DNA of 64,000 bases from the human T2T-CHM13v2.0 reference genome, Homo sapiens, in the NCBI RefSeq assembly GCF_009914755.1, contig NC_060925.1. One strand, written 5' to 3'. A program made the translations under genes and the position numbers. Positions 16,800 through 30,189 of the stretch are shown here, one piece after another. Each line of letters begins with the position of its first letter. Positions within the stretch are counted from its first letter, which is position 1. The notes beneath the pieces were generated by a model. It saw only the letters and a program-made list of their open reading frames with translations. It did not search any database and was not told the DNA's origin.

Positions 16800-17330
16800 C
16801 ACGTGCATGCACATGCATGTAAGTTGGTCACTCTAGTTTCCTGGTTGGGGTATAGGATGCATTGTGATATCATTAACTAGTATAAGGATTAAGGGAAGAA
16901 GATCAGGTCTGAGAGAAGAGTAGGGAGGAAGCTCAGTTTTAAATTGATTTAAGGTGCTTGTGGAACATCCAGCTAGAGATATTCAGGGGGCAGCAAGACA
17001 GGAATATGATGCATTAGGGGAAAGCCAGGGCTAGAGATAAGGATTTGAAAATCTTATACATTATAGGTGGTGGTAGCTAAATGGTAAGAGTGGAAGAGAA
17101 TGCTCAGTGAAATGAGGAGTAGGCATTTAAGGGTAGGCTGAAAGGAGGTTAAGGAAGGAACTAAAAGGAATAATGTCACAGAAGCCAAACAATTAGAGTT
17201 CTCAAAAGGAGGGATTGGCCAATAGTTTGAAATGTAGCAGAGACTTAACAAAATTCTGACTGACAACATTACACCGGCAATGTGAGCTTACTGAGCTCCG
17301 CCTCAGTGGAGATGGGACAGAGATGTCCTA
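15990..17330 (-). mobile_element. L2 relic
   Basis: GTGCCTATTATGTGCCAGGCACTG...GATGAATAAGACA reverse L2 3' end followed by purine-rich body. Confidence 0.65.
16763..16796. repeat. (GT)17 microsatellite
   Basis: Direct count. Confidence 0.97.
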
Positions 17331-17835
17331 GTCTAGCTGAAATTAAATGTAACTTATTTAGGCAGAATTTATGTTCAGTACTCCTGTACTCTCACCCACC
17401 ATTCTCCTCTAACTTTTTCTCCCCTGGTAATACTCACATCCTAGCATTTCTAATTTACCTAATTCTACTTATAAAGACAAGGCAGAATTTGATACCACTG
17501 ATTTGCACTTTAGTACAAATTGGTCCCTCTTCTCCATCCCAATTATATGTACTTCAGATTTACCCTTAAATGGAAGAAATTTCAGGTACAGAAGCAGACT
17601 GTATCTGTCTCTTCCTGAGGACAGTGCTGTTTTAATAACCCTGAGACACTTGGTAAGGAAGATGCAGTAGTCAAAGGGGAGCTCTATGGGTCTGTTCACT
17701 CCTTGCTCCCTTATAGTGCTTTCAGCTTAAGCGGCTGGAGGCCAATTTCCAGGAATTGTTGTTCTAAGATCTGAAGCTTACTCCCCAGCAAGCTAGTTTC
17801 CTTCCTCTGGCCTCCACTGCTAGGCATAACTCTGA

Positions 17836-18261
<426 letters not shown>

Positions 18262-19158
18262 CTATGTCATCCTTTGCTCAGCCTGACTTGTTCACGGTTG
18301 ATGATCTTGTTTTGGACCCCAAAACAGTCAGTACAGCAATGACTCTCAAACTTTGGTGCTCAGGCTCAGCTGGGGAGCCTGCTAAAAATATTAGCCACCC
18401 CACAACAGTAGTCATTGATTTATTATATCTGGGTTTGGGCAAAGGGATGTGCCTCTTGAACTAGCTCCTCAGGTGTTTCTATCTGATGAGAGAAGGCCAT
18501 AAAAATGTAAAGTATAATTCTGATTATTATAGTCTAGCAACTCAGCCACTTTGGGCCCTTAACCACAGTAAAGGAGACTGGTCCTCCAGGAAAGGAGAAG
18601 CTGAATGTGTTCCTCAGAGAACTTTGAGAAGTGGGAGGGTTAGGGAAACACACTGGTCTCTGGGGAAAGTATAGGAACGTGGTAGGGAGCGCAGGGATTT
18701 AAGACTTTGGATATTTAATACATGAGGGTCAAAGACAGAAATCAGTATGTTTTATAAACTGAGGACATACCAAAAAAGAAAAAAATTAGAAAGATGTTGT
18801 TTGATCATAGAAAAGGAACAATGACAACATCAGGAGTTTGACAATTTATGCTTGTCCCTTGTAGCACAAGAATGATTAAATTAAACTGTTTTCTAGTTCA
18901 TTACTCCAATACCATACATTTAGTCACTTAAAAAAATTACAGTGACAACTAGGCATCACACTTACCTGGAATAGATAGCATGTGGAAATCGTGTCCTTTA
19001 CCAAATAGGAAAAAACGTCAAAAAAATACATACTTCATGCCATAAGGAGACTTGAAAGAAGTCCAATATTAAAAGCATTTCCTAAAGGATCCTTCTAAGA
19101 CAGTACATTTGAGACTATAAAATGCAAAAGGCAAACCATGTTCCTCAACTGGACTTAC

Positions 19159-19323
19159 TTCAGTGCTGAGAGCTAAAAGATAATCAGAATTCTGAGGGCT
19201 ATACATCATCTGAGTGAGAGGATGAAAAGGGAGATCTGTTTGCACAAAATTCTTCGCAAAATCTGATGATCTGAAGATTCTTCCTCCACGACTTCCTCCA
19301 GACACCTCTGCTGTTAACACCAC
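19159..19323 (-). CDS. SORT1: SORT1 exon 5
   Basis: [10 protein letters not shown]...SSDFAKNF...LLALSTE; TCAG| and GAA|GTAAGT; 165 nt, phase 0-0. Confidence 0.98.
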
Positions 19324-19735
19324 CTGATAGGAAGAGGAAAGATCTGATTCAGGGTATGATACTATCTATGCAAGCACAGGAGTTCTTACACCATTTTCAC
19401 CAGACATTAGTTAAGAAATTTTAGTTCTAGAAATAAGAAGAGTTATAAAAACTGATTAGTTGTTCCACTCTACCCCTTGGGTCTTATTCTTATAAAAAAA
19501 TAACACCCTGAACTGAGCTGGGACATCATATCTGTGGGTTTAAGCCTAGATTAGGCTAACTGAGATTAGTTTTCCAAAAAACTAAAATGTTGTCATAGGT
19601 TATATACATTGTAATGTTAAGCAACTGCTGCATAATTATTAAGGGCTTTGGTGCACCTTGGGCGGGGAACAAAAACAAATAAACCTGTGTGCTCAGAGTT
19701 CCATTCTTATATGATCGATATTAAATTGTGTTTAA

Positions 19736-20013
19736 GGCAGGCACAGTGGCTCATGCCTGTAATCCCAGCACTTCAGGGGCTGAGGTGGGTGGATTGCTTG
19801 AGCCCAGGAGTTCAAGACCAGCCTGAGCAACATGGCAAAACCCTCTACAAAAAAATACAAAAATTACCCAGGAGTGGTGGCAAGAGCCTGTAGTCCCAGC
19901 TACTCAAGTGACTGAGGTGGGAGGATCCCTTGAGCCTGGAAGGTCAAGGCTGCAGCGAGCCGTGACGGTATCACTGCACTCCAGCCTGGGAGACAGAGTG
20001 AGACCCTTAAAAA
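19736..20013 (+). mobile_element. AluJ
   Basis: Diverged dimer; TSD AAATTGTGTTTAA. Confidence 0.9.
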
Positions 20014-20158
20014 ATTGTGTTTAATTTTAAAATATAAATATAGCAATACTAAACTAAAATACATTACTGTGAATCACTGGACCATGCCAATACTAATATC
20101 TGACAGCTCTGCATGTGGTATCAAGCACAAGCTTTATGTATACAAGAATGAGTCTCAC

Positions 20159-20261
20159 CTTTCCAGAGTTCTCAGGACCAATAGCCATGCCAAATTCAGT
20201 CCGAATAAAGGTGTTATTGATGAGATCTGTAATATCCTTAAAGTTCTTCCCATAATCCTCA
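20159..20261 (-). CDS. SORT1: SORT1 exon 4
   Basis: (S)[34 protein letters not shown], Asp-box SEDYGKNF; TCAG| and AAG|GTGAGA; 103 nt. Confidence 0.98.
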
Positions 20262-20612
20262 CTGAGAGGAAGAAAAAAAGGGCAAATTTAGGGTGCAGTG
20301 GTCATGGATATTACTGAGTTCCTACTCAGCTTTCATTCTCCCTTTCCACCAATCATGCTGAGAGACTCGGCTCACCCTGAATAGCCACATTCCTAGCTCC
20401 AGAGGTGCCCTGGTGAGTCCGAAGAACATTCCACCCCCGCCCCCCCCCCCCACAAACCCACTCACCAGTGATGGGGGTTCAGGAATCGGGGAGTGACTCA
20501 GGATGAGCCAATGGGAGATAAAAGGTGGGTGGGAAATTTGGGGTCTTCTAGGAAGCACACTGCCTCCCACTTATGATAGCTACCTGATAAAATGGTCTAT
20601 ATTCCTTCAGAC

Positions 20613-21131
20613 CAGCAGTTCTCAATCAGGGTGCTTTTGTCCCCCAAGAAACATTTGGTAATGTTTGCAGACTTTTTTTTTTTCCTTTGAGACAAGATCA
20701 CACTCTGTTACCCAGGCTGGAGTGCAGTGATGCAATCTCAGCTCAGTGGTGCAATTCCCAGGCTCAAGTGATTCTCCAGCCTCAGCCTCCCGAGTAGCTG
20801 GAATTACAGGTCCGTGTCACCACGCCTGGCTAATTTTTGTATTTTAAGTAGAGACGGGGTTTCACCACATTGCTCAGGCTGGTCTTGACTCCCAAGCTCA
20901 AAGTGATCCGCCCGCCTCGGCCTCCCAAAGTGCTGGGATTACAGGCATGAGCCACTGTGCCCGGTCCTACAGACATTTTTGATTATCACAATGAAGGGCT
21001 GAGGTGCTACTGGCATTAAGTGGGTAGTGGCCAGCGATGTTGCCAAACATCCTACAAGGCACAGGACAGTCCCACAATAATAAAGAATTACCTGGCCCCA
21101 ATGTCAAGAGTACTAAGGTTGAGAAACCCCA
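20613..21131 (+). mobile_element. MER20 (full-length) interrupted by Alu
   Basis: CAGCAGTTCTCAATCAGGG start and GGTTGAGAAACCC end; body matches MER20. Confidence 0.85.
20673..20965 (-). mobile_element. Alu (J/S)
   Basis: Reverse dimer inside MER20. Confidence 0.9.
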
Positions 21132-21791
21132 ATGATGCAGTATGTGAACACACAGTAAAGACTGCTATCGTCATTCTGTCACAATGGGAGCACAGAGAAG
21201 GTAATTTCAGAATACCGAGAAGCAGAGCCTATGACACTGAATTGAATCGACCCTGAAGCCTGTCATTCCTCTGTACTTAGTTACAGAATCAACTATTCCC
21301 TTATTATTCAGGTTAGTTTAAGGTGAGATCTATGCAAAGTGCTCCCAAAGGCTTCTAACTAATCTATTAATCCACAGTAGTTATGAAAAAGCTGTAAATG
21401 AAGCTGTAGCAAGTTCTTGAAGTTTTTCCCCATAGAAGTTACCATCCCTAGGCAGAAGTCTGTAAGGCACTCAGTACATGAAATACAGCTAGGAAAAACA
21501 AACAAACTTAATCTCAACTCTCAGAGTTTCCAAGCTTTTTCCAAAAGTTCATTCCAACAATATCTTTGAGAAGTATTCGAATCCATGTTTAGATTCTGGA
21601 AAATAAAAGCAAAAATTCCATAGCTGTCTAACCCTGACAGGTTTAATACTATGTATAGCTCTCTTACACAATACAAAATGCTAAATCTTAATGTTCATTA
21701 AATTTAAGTATCCATCAATGAAGACTGCTGTGCACTGCAAATTTCTGCACACAGATAAATGTAATCTGCAGTGGTCTTCAATGATAGAATA

Positions 21792-22126
21792 TAGTTATGT
21801 GTTGCATGAAGATGTTTTGGTTACCAATGGACTGTTTATATGATGGTGAGTCCAGATTATGAAACCATATTGTTACCATGCCTTTTCTATGTTTAAATAT
21901 ACAGATACTTAGTACTGTGTTACAGCTGCCTACAGTATTCAGTACAGTAACATGCTCTACAGGTTTGTTGCCTAGGAACAAGAAGTTATACCATATAGCT
22001 GTGGTGTGTAGCAGGCTATACTGTCCAGGTGTGAGTAAGTACACTCTGTGATGTTTGCACAATAATGAAATCACCTAATGATGCACTTCGCAGAATGTAT
22101 CCCCATCATTAAGCGAAGCTTGAATG
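21792..22126 (+). mobile_element. Tigger3a/MER7A-like TcMar MITE
   Basis: GCCTACAGTATTCAGTACAGTAACATGC and GTAAGTACACTCT motifs; TA-flanked. Confidence 0.8.
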
Positions 22127-23121
22127 TACATGATGTAAATGATGTTACAGGTTTTGGTAGCGGCCTCAACAAATAAAGAATTGCAGAACCATGAGCAGTG
22201 TAAGGGGCTGAAGTGAACATCTTGTCCAACTCCCTCATTTCACAGATGAGGAGTTGCAAGGGAAGGCAATTTATCAAAAGTCAACTAGTTAATTAAGGGC
22301 AAAATTGAAACTATAGTCCAATTCTCTGAACCTTTAGCCCTAAACTGGAGATAACTTTTAATTATCTGTGAGGATTTTTTCCCTTACAAACTGGGGTCTT
22401 CCTCTGTCTTGCTGGGGGCTTATGACCTGGCAGAAGAGATCAGCTAAGAGAAAGTTGGAGACAGAAGGGAAGTATCCATGTGTGTATGTAGAGGTCCCTG
22501 ATAATATGCTGAAACAAACTACATATGTCTAAGTTGTCTGAATGACTCTATCCTTCCTTAAGTACATACACACACACAGAAAATTCCTAGATAAATGAAA
22601 TACAATTGGGCGCCACCCAACAGAGTCCTATATTATATTACCCTTTCTTTGGCTTTGCAGTAGATCAGCTCTTATCTTCCTGACAGCTGGCCAAGAGATG
22701 TGCATAAACAATTCCCAGCTCTACAGTGCATGTATCATCAACAGCTCTGTAAATCTTCCAAAGGGGTTGAAGCAGCCTGATTAGTACTAGTTTACAAATT
22801 GGTCCTCCTTCATGACATCCCCAGAGAATCTCCACAAACCTGTTGGCAAGCCTGCTTGCTTTTTAAGAACTTGGCACAAGAAACACATCCCTGCCCTTCA
22901 AAAAAAGAAACCAGCATGAGCAAAACAAAAAATCACCTGCTACAGCACTCTGGTACTTTAGTCAGTTAAATAAATGGAGAAAATGAACTAGTATCAACCT
23001 GCTGGGACTTAAGTAGGGTTCTAGCAAGGCCACTTTGGGCCCAGGGGTATATTTTTTAACATAATGCTTTATTTAAATGTAGCTTTATTTTCTATCAGCA
23101 TACATATCATGAAGATATGTA

Positions 23122-23192
23122 TGGTCTCAAACTCCTGGCCTCAAGCAATCTTCCCACCTTGGCCTCCCAAAGCTCTAGAATTAGAGGCGTGA
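23122..23192 (-). mobile_element. Short Alu fragment
   Basis: TGGTCTCAAACTCCTGGCCTCAAGCAATC...GGCCTCCCAAAG. Confidence 0.85.
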
Positions 23193-23368
23193 TCCTAGCA
23201 CTTTATTTTCTATCAGCCTATGTCACGAAGAGGAAATTGATGAAGCAACTTTGATAAATCTAATTTTCAAATTCCATATGATAATTAATAGCGTTATGAA
23301 CAGCCGTCGAATGATAAGTAAACAGTTAAAATGCTGTGAAACCAACTGCTTTAGAAACAAGTCTTTTT

Positions 23369-23664
23369 GGCCGGGCGTGGTGGCTCACGCCTGTAATCCC
23401 AGCACTTTGGGAGGCCAAGGCAGGTGGATCACAAGGTCAGGAGTTCAAGACCAGCCTGGCCAAGATGGTGAAACCCTGTCTCTACTAAAAACACAAAAAT
23501 TAGCCAGGCATGGTGGCACGCGCCTGAAATCCCTGCTACTCAGGAGGCTGAGGCAGAGAATTGCTTGACCCCGGGAGGCAGAGGTTGCAGTGAGCCGAGA
23601 TCGTGCCACTGCACTGCAGCCTGGGCGACAGAGTCAGACTCCGTCTTAAAAAAAAAAAAAAAAA
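23369..23664 (+). mobile_element. Alu (S family)
   Basis: Full dimer; TSD AGAAACAAGTCTTTT. Confidence 0.95.
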
Positions 23665-23825
23665 GAAACAAGTCTTTTTAATAACAATTCTATGCATCAA
23701 CACTAATATCCATTTTCTGGTTACCAAAAATAAATGATCATTTTTGCATGTATCCACGGTGTAAACATGCACATGTTTATAACTCAAGAAAATAATGCTA
23801 AAATACAAATATATTTGGAATAGAG

Positions 23826-24189
23826 CTTATTTTAGCTAGGGCTGCTATAAAAGAATATTATAAACTGGGTGGCTTATAAACAGCAGAAATTCATTTCTCA
23901 CTGTTCTGGAGGCTGAGAAGTCCAAGATGAAGGTGCCAGCAGATGTGCTGTCTGGTGAGGGTCTGCTTCCTGCTTCACAGATTACCCTCTTGTCACTGTA
24001 ACCGTACATGACAGAAGGGGCAAGGGAGCTCTCGGGGTCTCTCTTATAAGGGGACTAATCCCACTGGTGAAGGTTCTGCCCTTATGACCTAATCACTTAC
24101 CGAAGGTCCCACCTCCTAATACCATCGCACTAGGGGTTAAAATTTCAACATATGAGTTCAGAGGGAACATAAACATTCAGTGTACGGCA
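23826..24189 (-). mobile_element. ERVL-MaLR LTR (MLT1A-like), 3' LTR
   Basis: GTTCTGGAGGCTGAGAAGTCCAAGATGAAGGTG...AATTTCAACATATGA...AACATTCAG typical of MLT1A in reverse. Confidence 0.85.
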
Positions 24190-24195
24190 TCCTGA

Positions 24196-24631
<436 letters not shown>

Positions 24632-24871
24632 TAAAATTGAAAGTGTCATCTAAATATCATCTATATCAGACAAAGGTGAGACTCAAGGTATGATTCATCT
24701 TGAAGCAAACTGCTCCTCAGTTGTGTACCTGTGAAACCAAACAAGTTATGCACTTCCAAAATACAATGGTGGGACAGGCACAGTATAGACATTTCCATTC
24801 CAAAAAAGGGAAATGGAAAAGACGAAAGGTGACTCCAAATAAGTCTAAAATACAGGCAAACTTCATGAGAT

Positions 24872-25431
<560 letters not shown>

Positions 25432-26498
25432 TAGATATTAAAGCTTGAAAACAATTCTCTTTGGCTCTATGCTCTGTCCTACAGGTCCAATATTGGGGAG
25501 GGGGTCCCTCCTCTTCCCAGACACGCTGGGATTGTGTTCTTGCTCTGCAGCCTTGCCAGAAAGGGGGTAGGCCCACAAGGATCTGGGTGGCCCTTCTCCC
25601 ATGGCTTTGGGTGATGGTCCCTTCTTTTGAAATTGAGGAGGCAGCCTTGGTGATCCCTGAATGGCCTTGTCTTAAAGAAGATTACACATACGCAACTGAA
25701 TAGCTCTGTGGTCCTTGAAATCTGAAAGCCTTCCCTCATTGGGTTCAAACTGGCAGTTTTCCTGTTGGGGTGACTGATTGAGTTCTTAGTTTACACCTAT
25801 GCTAATCTCTTTATCAAATGGTCACTTGGCCACATCCTAATTATTCACATCCTATTATTGCAGTCTGTGCAATTTAGATAGACTGAGAATTTTCCAAATC
25901 TTTTAGTACTGCTTTCTTCTTGCTTAATAATTCTGTCTTTAAGTCATTTCTCTTTTCCCACATTTTACTACGAGCAGTCAGGAGGAACCAAGCTGCAACT
26001 TCAACATTTTACTTAGATATTGTTTTAGCTAAATATGCAATTTCATTGCTTGCAAGTTCTACTTTCCACAAAACACTAGAACATGAACACAATTCAGCCT
26101 AGTTGTCTGCCACTTTATAACAAGGATTGCTTTTTCTCTACTGTCCAACAACAAGTTCCTCATTTCTGCCAGAAACCCATCATAATGGCCTTTGTGGTCC
26201 ACATTTTTACGAATATTCTACCATGGATTACTTAGGTATTCTCTAAGATGGAATTTTTCTCTACAGCCCTCCTCTTTTCTTTCTGAGCCTTCACCAGAAT
26301 CATCTTTAAGTTTCATTAACAGCTATGTAGGCTTTTTCAAGCATGCACCTCAAAAACTCTTTCTGCTTCTACCCATTTTCTTTTGTTCATTTTGCCATGA
26401 CTAAGCCACTATAAATTATAACATAAAAGTAACAAGGATGATGGTAAACTCTTAAAAATATTATTGTTTTGTGGTTTTTACTAATTGAGAAAGCTTAT

Positions 26499-27164
26499 AC
26501 AATCTTCATTATTCATGGATTCTATATTTGTAAATTTGTTTACCTTCTTAAATTTATTTGTAATCCCCAAATCAGTACTCATGGTCCCTTGCCAGTCATT
26601 TATAGACATTCATAGAGCAGCAAAAATGTGAGTCACCCAGTGTACCCATTCCCAGCTGAGGTCAAACAAGGTGATGCTTTGCCTTTGTGTTCAGTTCTAA
26701 TACTATAAATAAGTGTCCTTTTTACGGTCTACTTAGTTTTTTTCTACTTAGGTTTTTGCAAGTTTATGCTTTTTTTGGGGGGTACTTTTTCTGTTTAAAT
26801 AGCCTCCAAGAGCAGTGTCAACAAGCTGTTTAGTGTTCCTAAACACAAGAAGACTTTGATGTGCCTCATGGAGGAAATACGAGTATATGAGACAAGCCTT
26901 GTTTGGGCAAGAGTTCTAGTGCTATTGGCCATGAATTCAGTGTTAATGAATCAATAATACACATTAAATAAGGTATCTTTAAACAGAAACACACATAAAA
27001 CAAAGTTATGTATTGATCATTTGATGAAAATGAGTGCTGTGACCAGAAGTTTGCAGAAACCTAACCCTATATGTCCCCCTAGGAGCAATGGTTCACTATT
27101 AACTAATTCAATATTCATGACAACTTTACAGAACATAACTATCTCTAATAATGACAACCAACTG
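26499..27164 (+). mobile_element. MER82 (TcMar-Tigger)
   Basis: TTCCCAGCTGAGGTCAAACAAGG, TTTAAACAGAAACACACATAAAACAA, CCCCTAGGAGCAATGGTTCA match MER82. Confidence 0.8.
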
Positions 27165-28227
27165 CACTGAGATTTCCAGGTAAAAGATCAATAGGGAGAA
27201 TGTAGTTTATTAAAATGTATCAAAATAATCATGGACCTGAAACTACTGCTGGGTAATATTGGCAAGATTTGAATTCATAATAAACTTAATTCCCAATATT
27301 TCAGTGTCTTTTTCCCCCACTGTCTGATATTACCTTGTGTTTTTATTTAACTATGTTGTGTTTTATCATTATTGGGAAAGGATACATGTTTTCTGTAGAA
27401 ATTTTGAAACTACAAGTGGGAAAATAAAGAGAGTAAGATATTGTAAATAAAAAAATCACAGAACTTTTAATCAGAAGGAACATGAATATGTATTTGTGGG
27501 TCTTCATCTTACTCTGATTGACAACTTTACGTGTATAGAAGTGAAGTTGTATTAAAGGTAAAATGCCATCATCACATTTTAATATACTTTTTCTTTAAAA
27601 AAAAAAAAGCAAGAAAATATATGTTGTAAATGGAATTTATCCCAACCTTGTAACTGAAATATGCAGTCATTGTTAACAATCTACTGCAGTGAAAACTGAA
27701 CTGAGCATATCATTAAAAAGGTTGTTACACAACATGCCTTGAAGAAGCTGGTTTACTGCACTAGCAGCACTTTGCATTGTATACCTTTAAGTTATCCTTT
27801 TAAAAAAATCTCAAGTAACATTCTGAAAAACTTACATTGACTATGTAATATATTTTAATGCAAAACCTCTTAATAGGGAAATTTGAGCAATTCTCAATAG
27901 AAACACCAGGAATAAAATAGCCCAGCAGTCTTTGTGATATTAATAATTAGGTATATAACATTGGTGTAGAATAATGCCTACATTTGCTTCACTAAGTACA
28001 TTATACAATGAAAAGTTGGACTCAAGACATCATAAAACAAAAAGATGGAAAATATCTTTTAGTTGCCAAAAATCAAATTATCATCTTAATTGTAGCTAGT
28101 TTATTTCTTTAACTTCATATGTGCAAGTGAGAGACAAACATACTCTATAATCCATTATAAAACTAATATTCCTTATAAGGAAATCAAAATTTATACTATA
28201 CAAATATGATTCCCTTAAATGGAAAAT

Positions 28228-28320
28228 ATGCATATGTGTGTGTATGCATGTACATACACACAAACATATGTATACAGAAACATATGTATACACACATATA
28301 CATACATACACATACATATA
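28228..28320. repeat. (TATG/CATA)-type low-complexity repeat
   Basis: Degenerate alternating purine-pyrimidine tract. Confidence 0.8.
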
Positions 28321-29609
28321 ATCTCCCAAATCCTTCAATAATTCTTTTTCATGGCCTAAAGACAGAAGTATACTCCCTCTAATTCTGTATATCAACAGAG
28401 ACAACTTCCTTCTATTCTTGTGAGACTTCATGCTGTAATACACAGAGCAGGTGGCATGTGATTTGCTGTTTTTTATTTCAAATCCAAATGAACCTTTAAC
28501 CATATAAGATTTAGTATGCGAAGATGGTCTAACGAATAATATAATCACCAATGCTGTGAAAAACAGAAAAATCTTCAGAGTGGGTTCAATGGGCTTTTAT
28601 CGGTAATTGGGCAACTTCAGCATACTCAGGACCCATTTTGATCAAACTGCTTCTTTCCCTTTCTCATTTCTGAAACAACAGTTGCCTCTTGGTTGGCATG
28701 TTTGACATGGTTGACTTGGTTGGCCAGTCACTTTAAGCCAGGCCAGCCCAGTTGGAAAGGCAACAAGGCATATTTACAGTTTCCGCCTAAACTCTGGAAG
28801 TGGGTACAGAGTCAGTTTCCACTTCATGGCAGGGAAGAGATAATTAATATTCAAAGTCAATGTGGTTAAACAAACAAAAAAAGAAACAAAAAACTGCTGG
28901 GTAACATGAAAAAAAAGTACCTTGGTAACATTATACTATATCAGAAACAAATAGAATTGCACTCTAGTAAAGTATGTCAGGAAAGCGGGGTTTTTCACAA
29001 GACTAGACAAAAACAGGCTGAAAAAAGGCTGAGTCTGATGGTGGTGGTATTTAAACAGTGACATGGCAGTATTGGTTCTTGTTTTGGTTTTGATTGTCTT
29101 AAGTTGTTGAGGCATTAGGTATAGAAGATAACTCAACCTAGAGAAAGAGGCATTTAACAAACAGCCTTTAAAACACGTTGACATCCATCAGAGTGGAGGT
29201 TTTCCTTTGCTACTGAAGAGTGAACTAGAAATAAACATCCCCTATGACACAAATATGTATGATACTGATCACAGTAGTATTAGTTACAGCGAAAAAAACA
29301 GCTACAACCTAACTATCCAATGGAACAATGATTAAGTAAATTATGTCAATCTAAAAAAATGAGGGGTTACCAGCAGAGTGAAGGTATGAGTACCGACCCA
29401 TCAGCATGGATGTAGGTCATAATGCCAGGTGTTAGTAACATTTGCATGTTGGCAGGGGCTAGGGGGTGCAGTGTGCATTTGTAGAAGACGTGGAGGCATC
29501 TGGGGGCAGGCAATCTGCCTGAAGGCTTCAAATTCATTTTAACAACTGGTACAGCAATGCCAGTACCTGCTGGCTACATGCCATCCCTGATCATTGGCAT
29601 GGCAGCAAC

Positions 29610-29830
29610 TAACAGCACCAAGCTATTACTCCATGCCAGGCACTGCAGAGCATACCTCACAACGGCTCTGAGGTGGGCATTATTATTGTCCTTTTACAGA
29701 TGACAAAAAAGACTTAGGAGGTTAAATGACTTTCCCAAGTTCATTCTGTTTGCAATGACAGTGCTGTGATTCAATCCTGAGCCTACTTGCCAACAAAGCT
29801 TGGCAACATTTTGCTATTCCACATTGCCTC
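29610..29830 (-). mobile_element. MIR fragment
   Basis: TTTTACAGATGA...GGTTAAATGACTTTCCCAAG. Confidence 0.6.
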
Positions 29831-30024
29831 CCAATACTCTACAATTATATGATACAACATCAAAGGGGAAGGTCAAGATAATAAACTGCAAACAAATTAA
29901 GATTACACGTGGCTGTATGGTGAACTTTTTTCTTTCCTTTAAAATTTTCAAATGTCCTATAATATGATTATACTGCTTTTATAATGAAACACAGGTTGGT
30001 AAGAAAAACTATCATGAGGAGATA

Positions 30025-30189
30025 TTTTATGTTTTTGAGAAAGGGTATTGCTCTGTCACCCAGCCTGGAGTGCAGTGATGTGATCATAGCTACTGCAGCC
30101 TCAACCTCCCGGACCCAAGAGATGCTCCTACCTCAGTCTCCCAAGTAGCTGGGACCACAGGTGTGTGACACCATGCCCAGCTAATTTTG
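30025..30189 (-). mobile_element. Alu right monomer
   Basis: Reverse right arm only. Confidence 0.85.
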
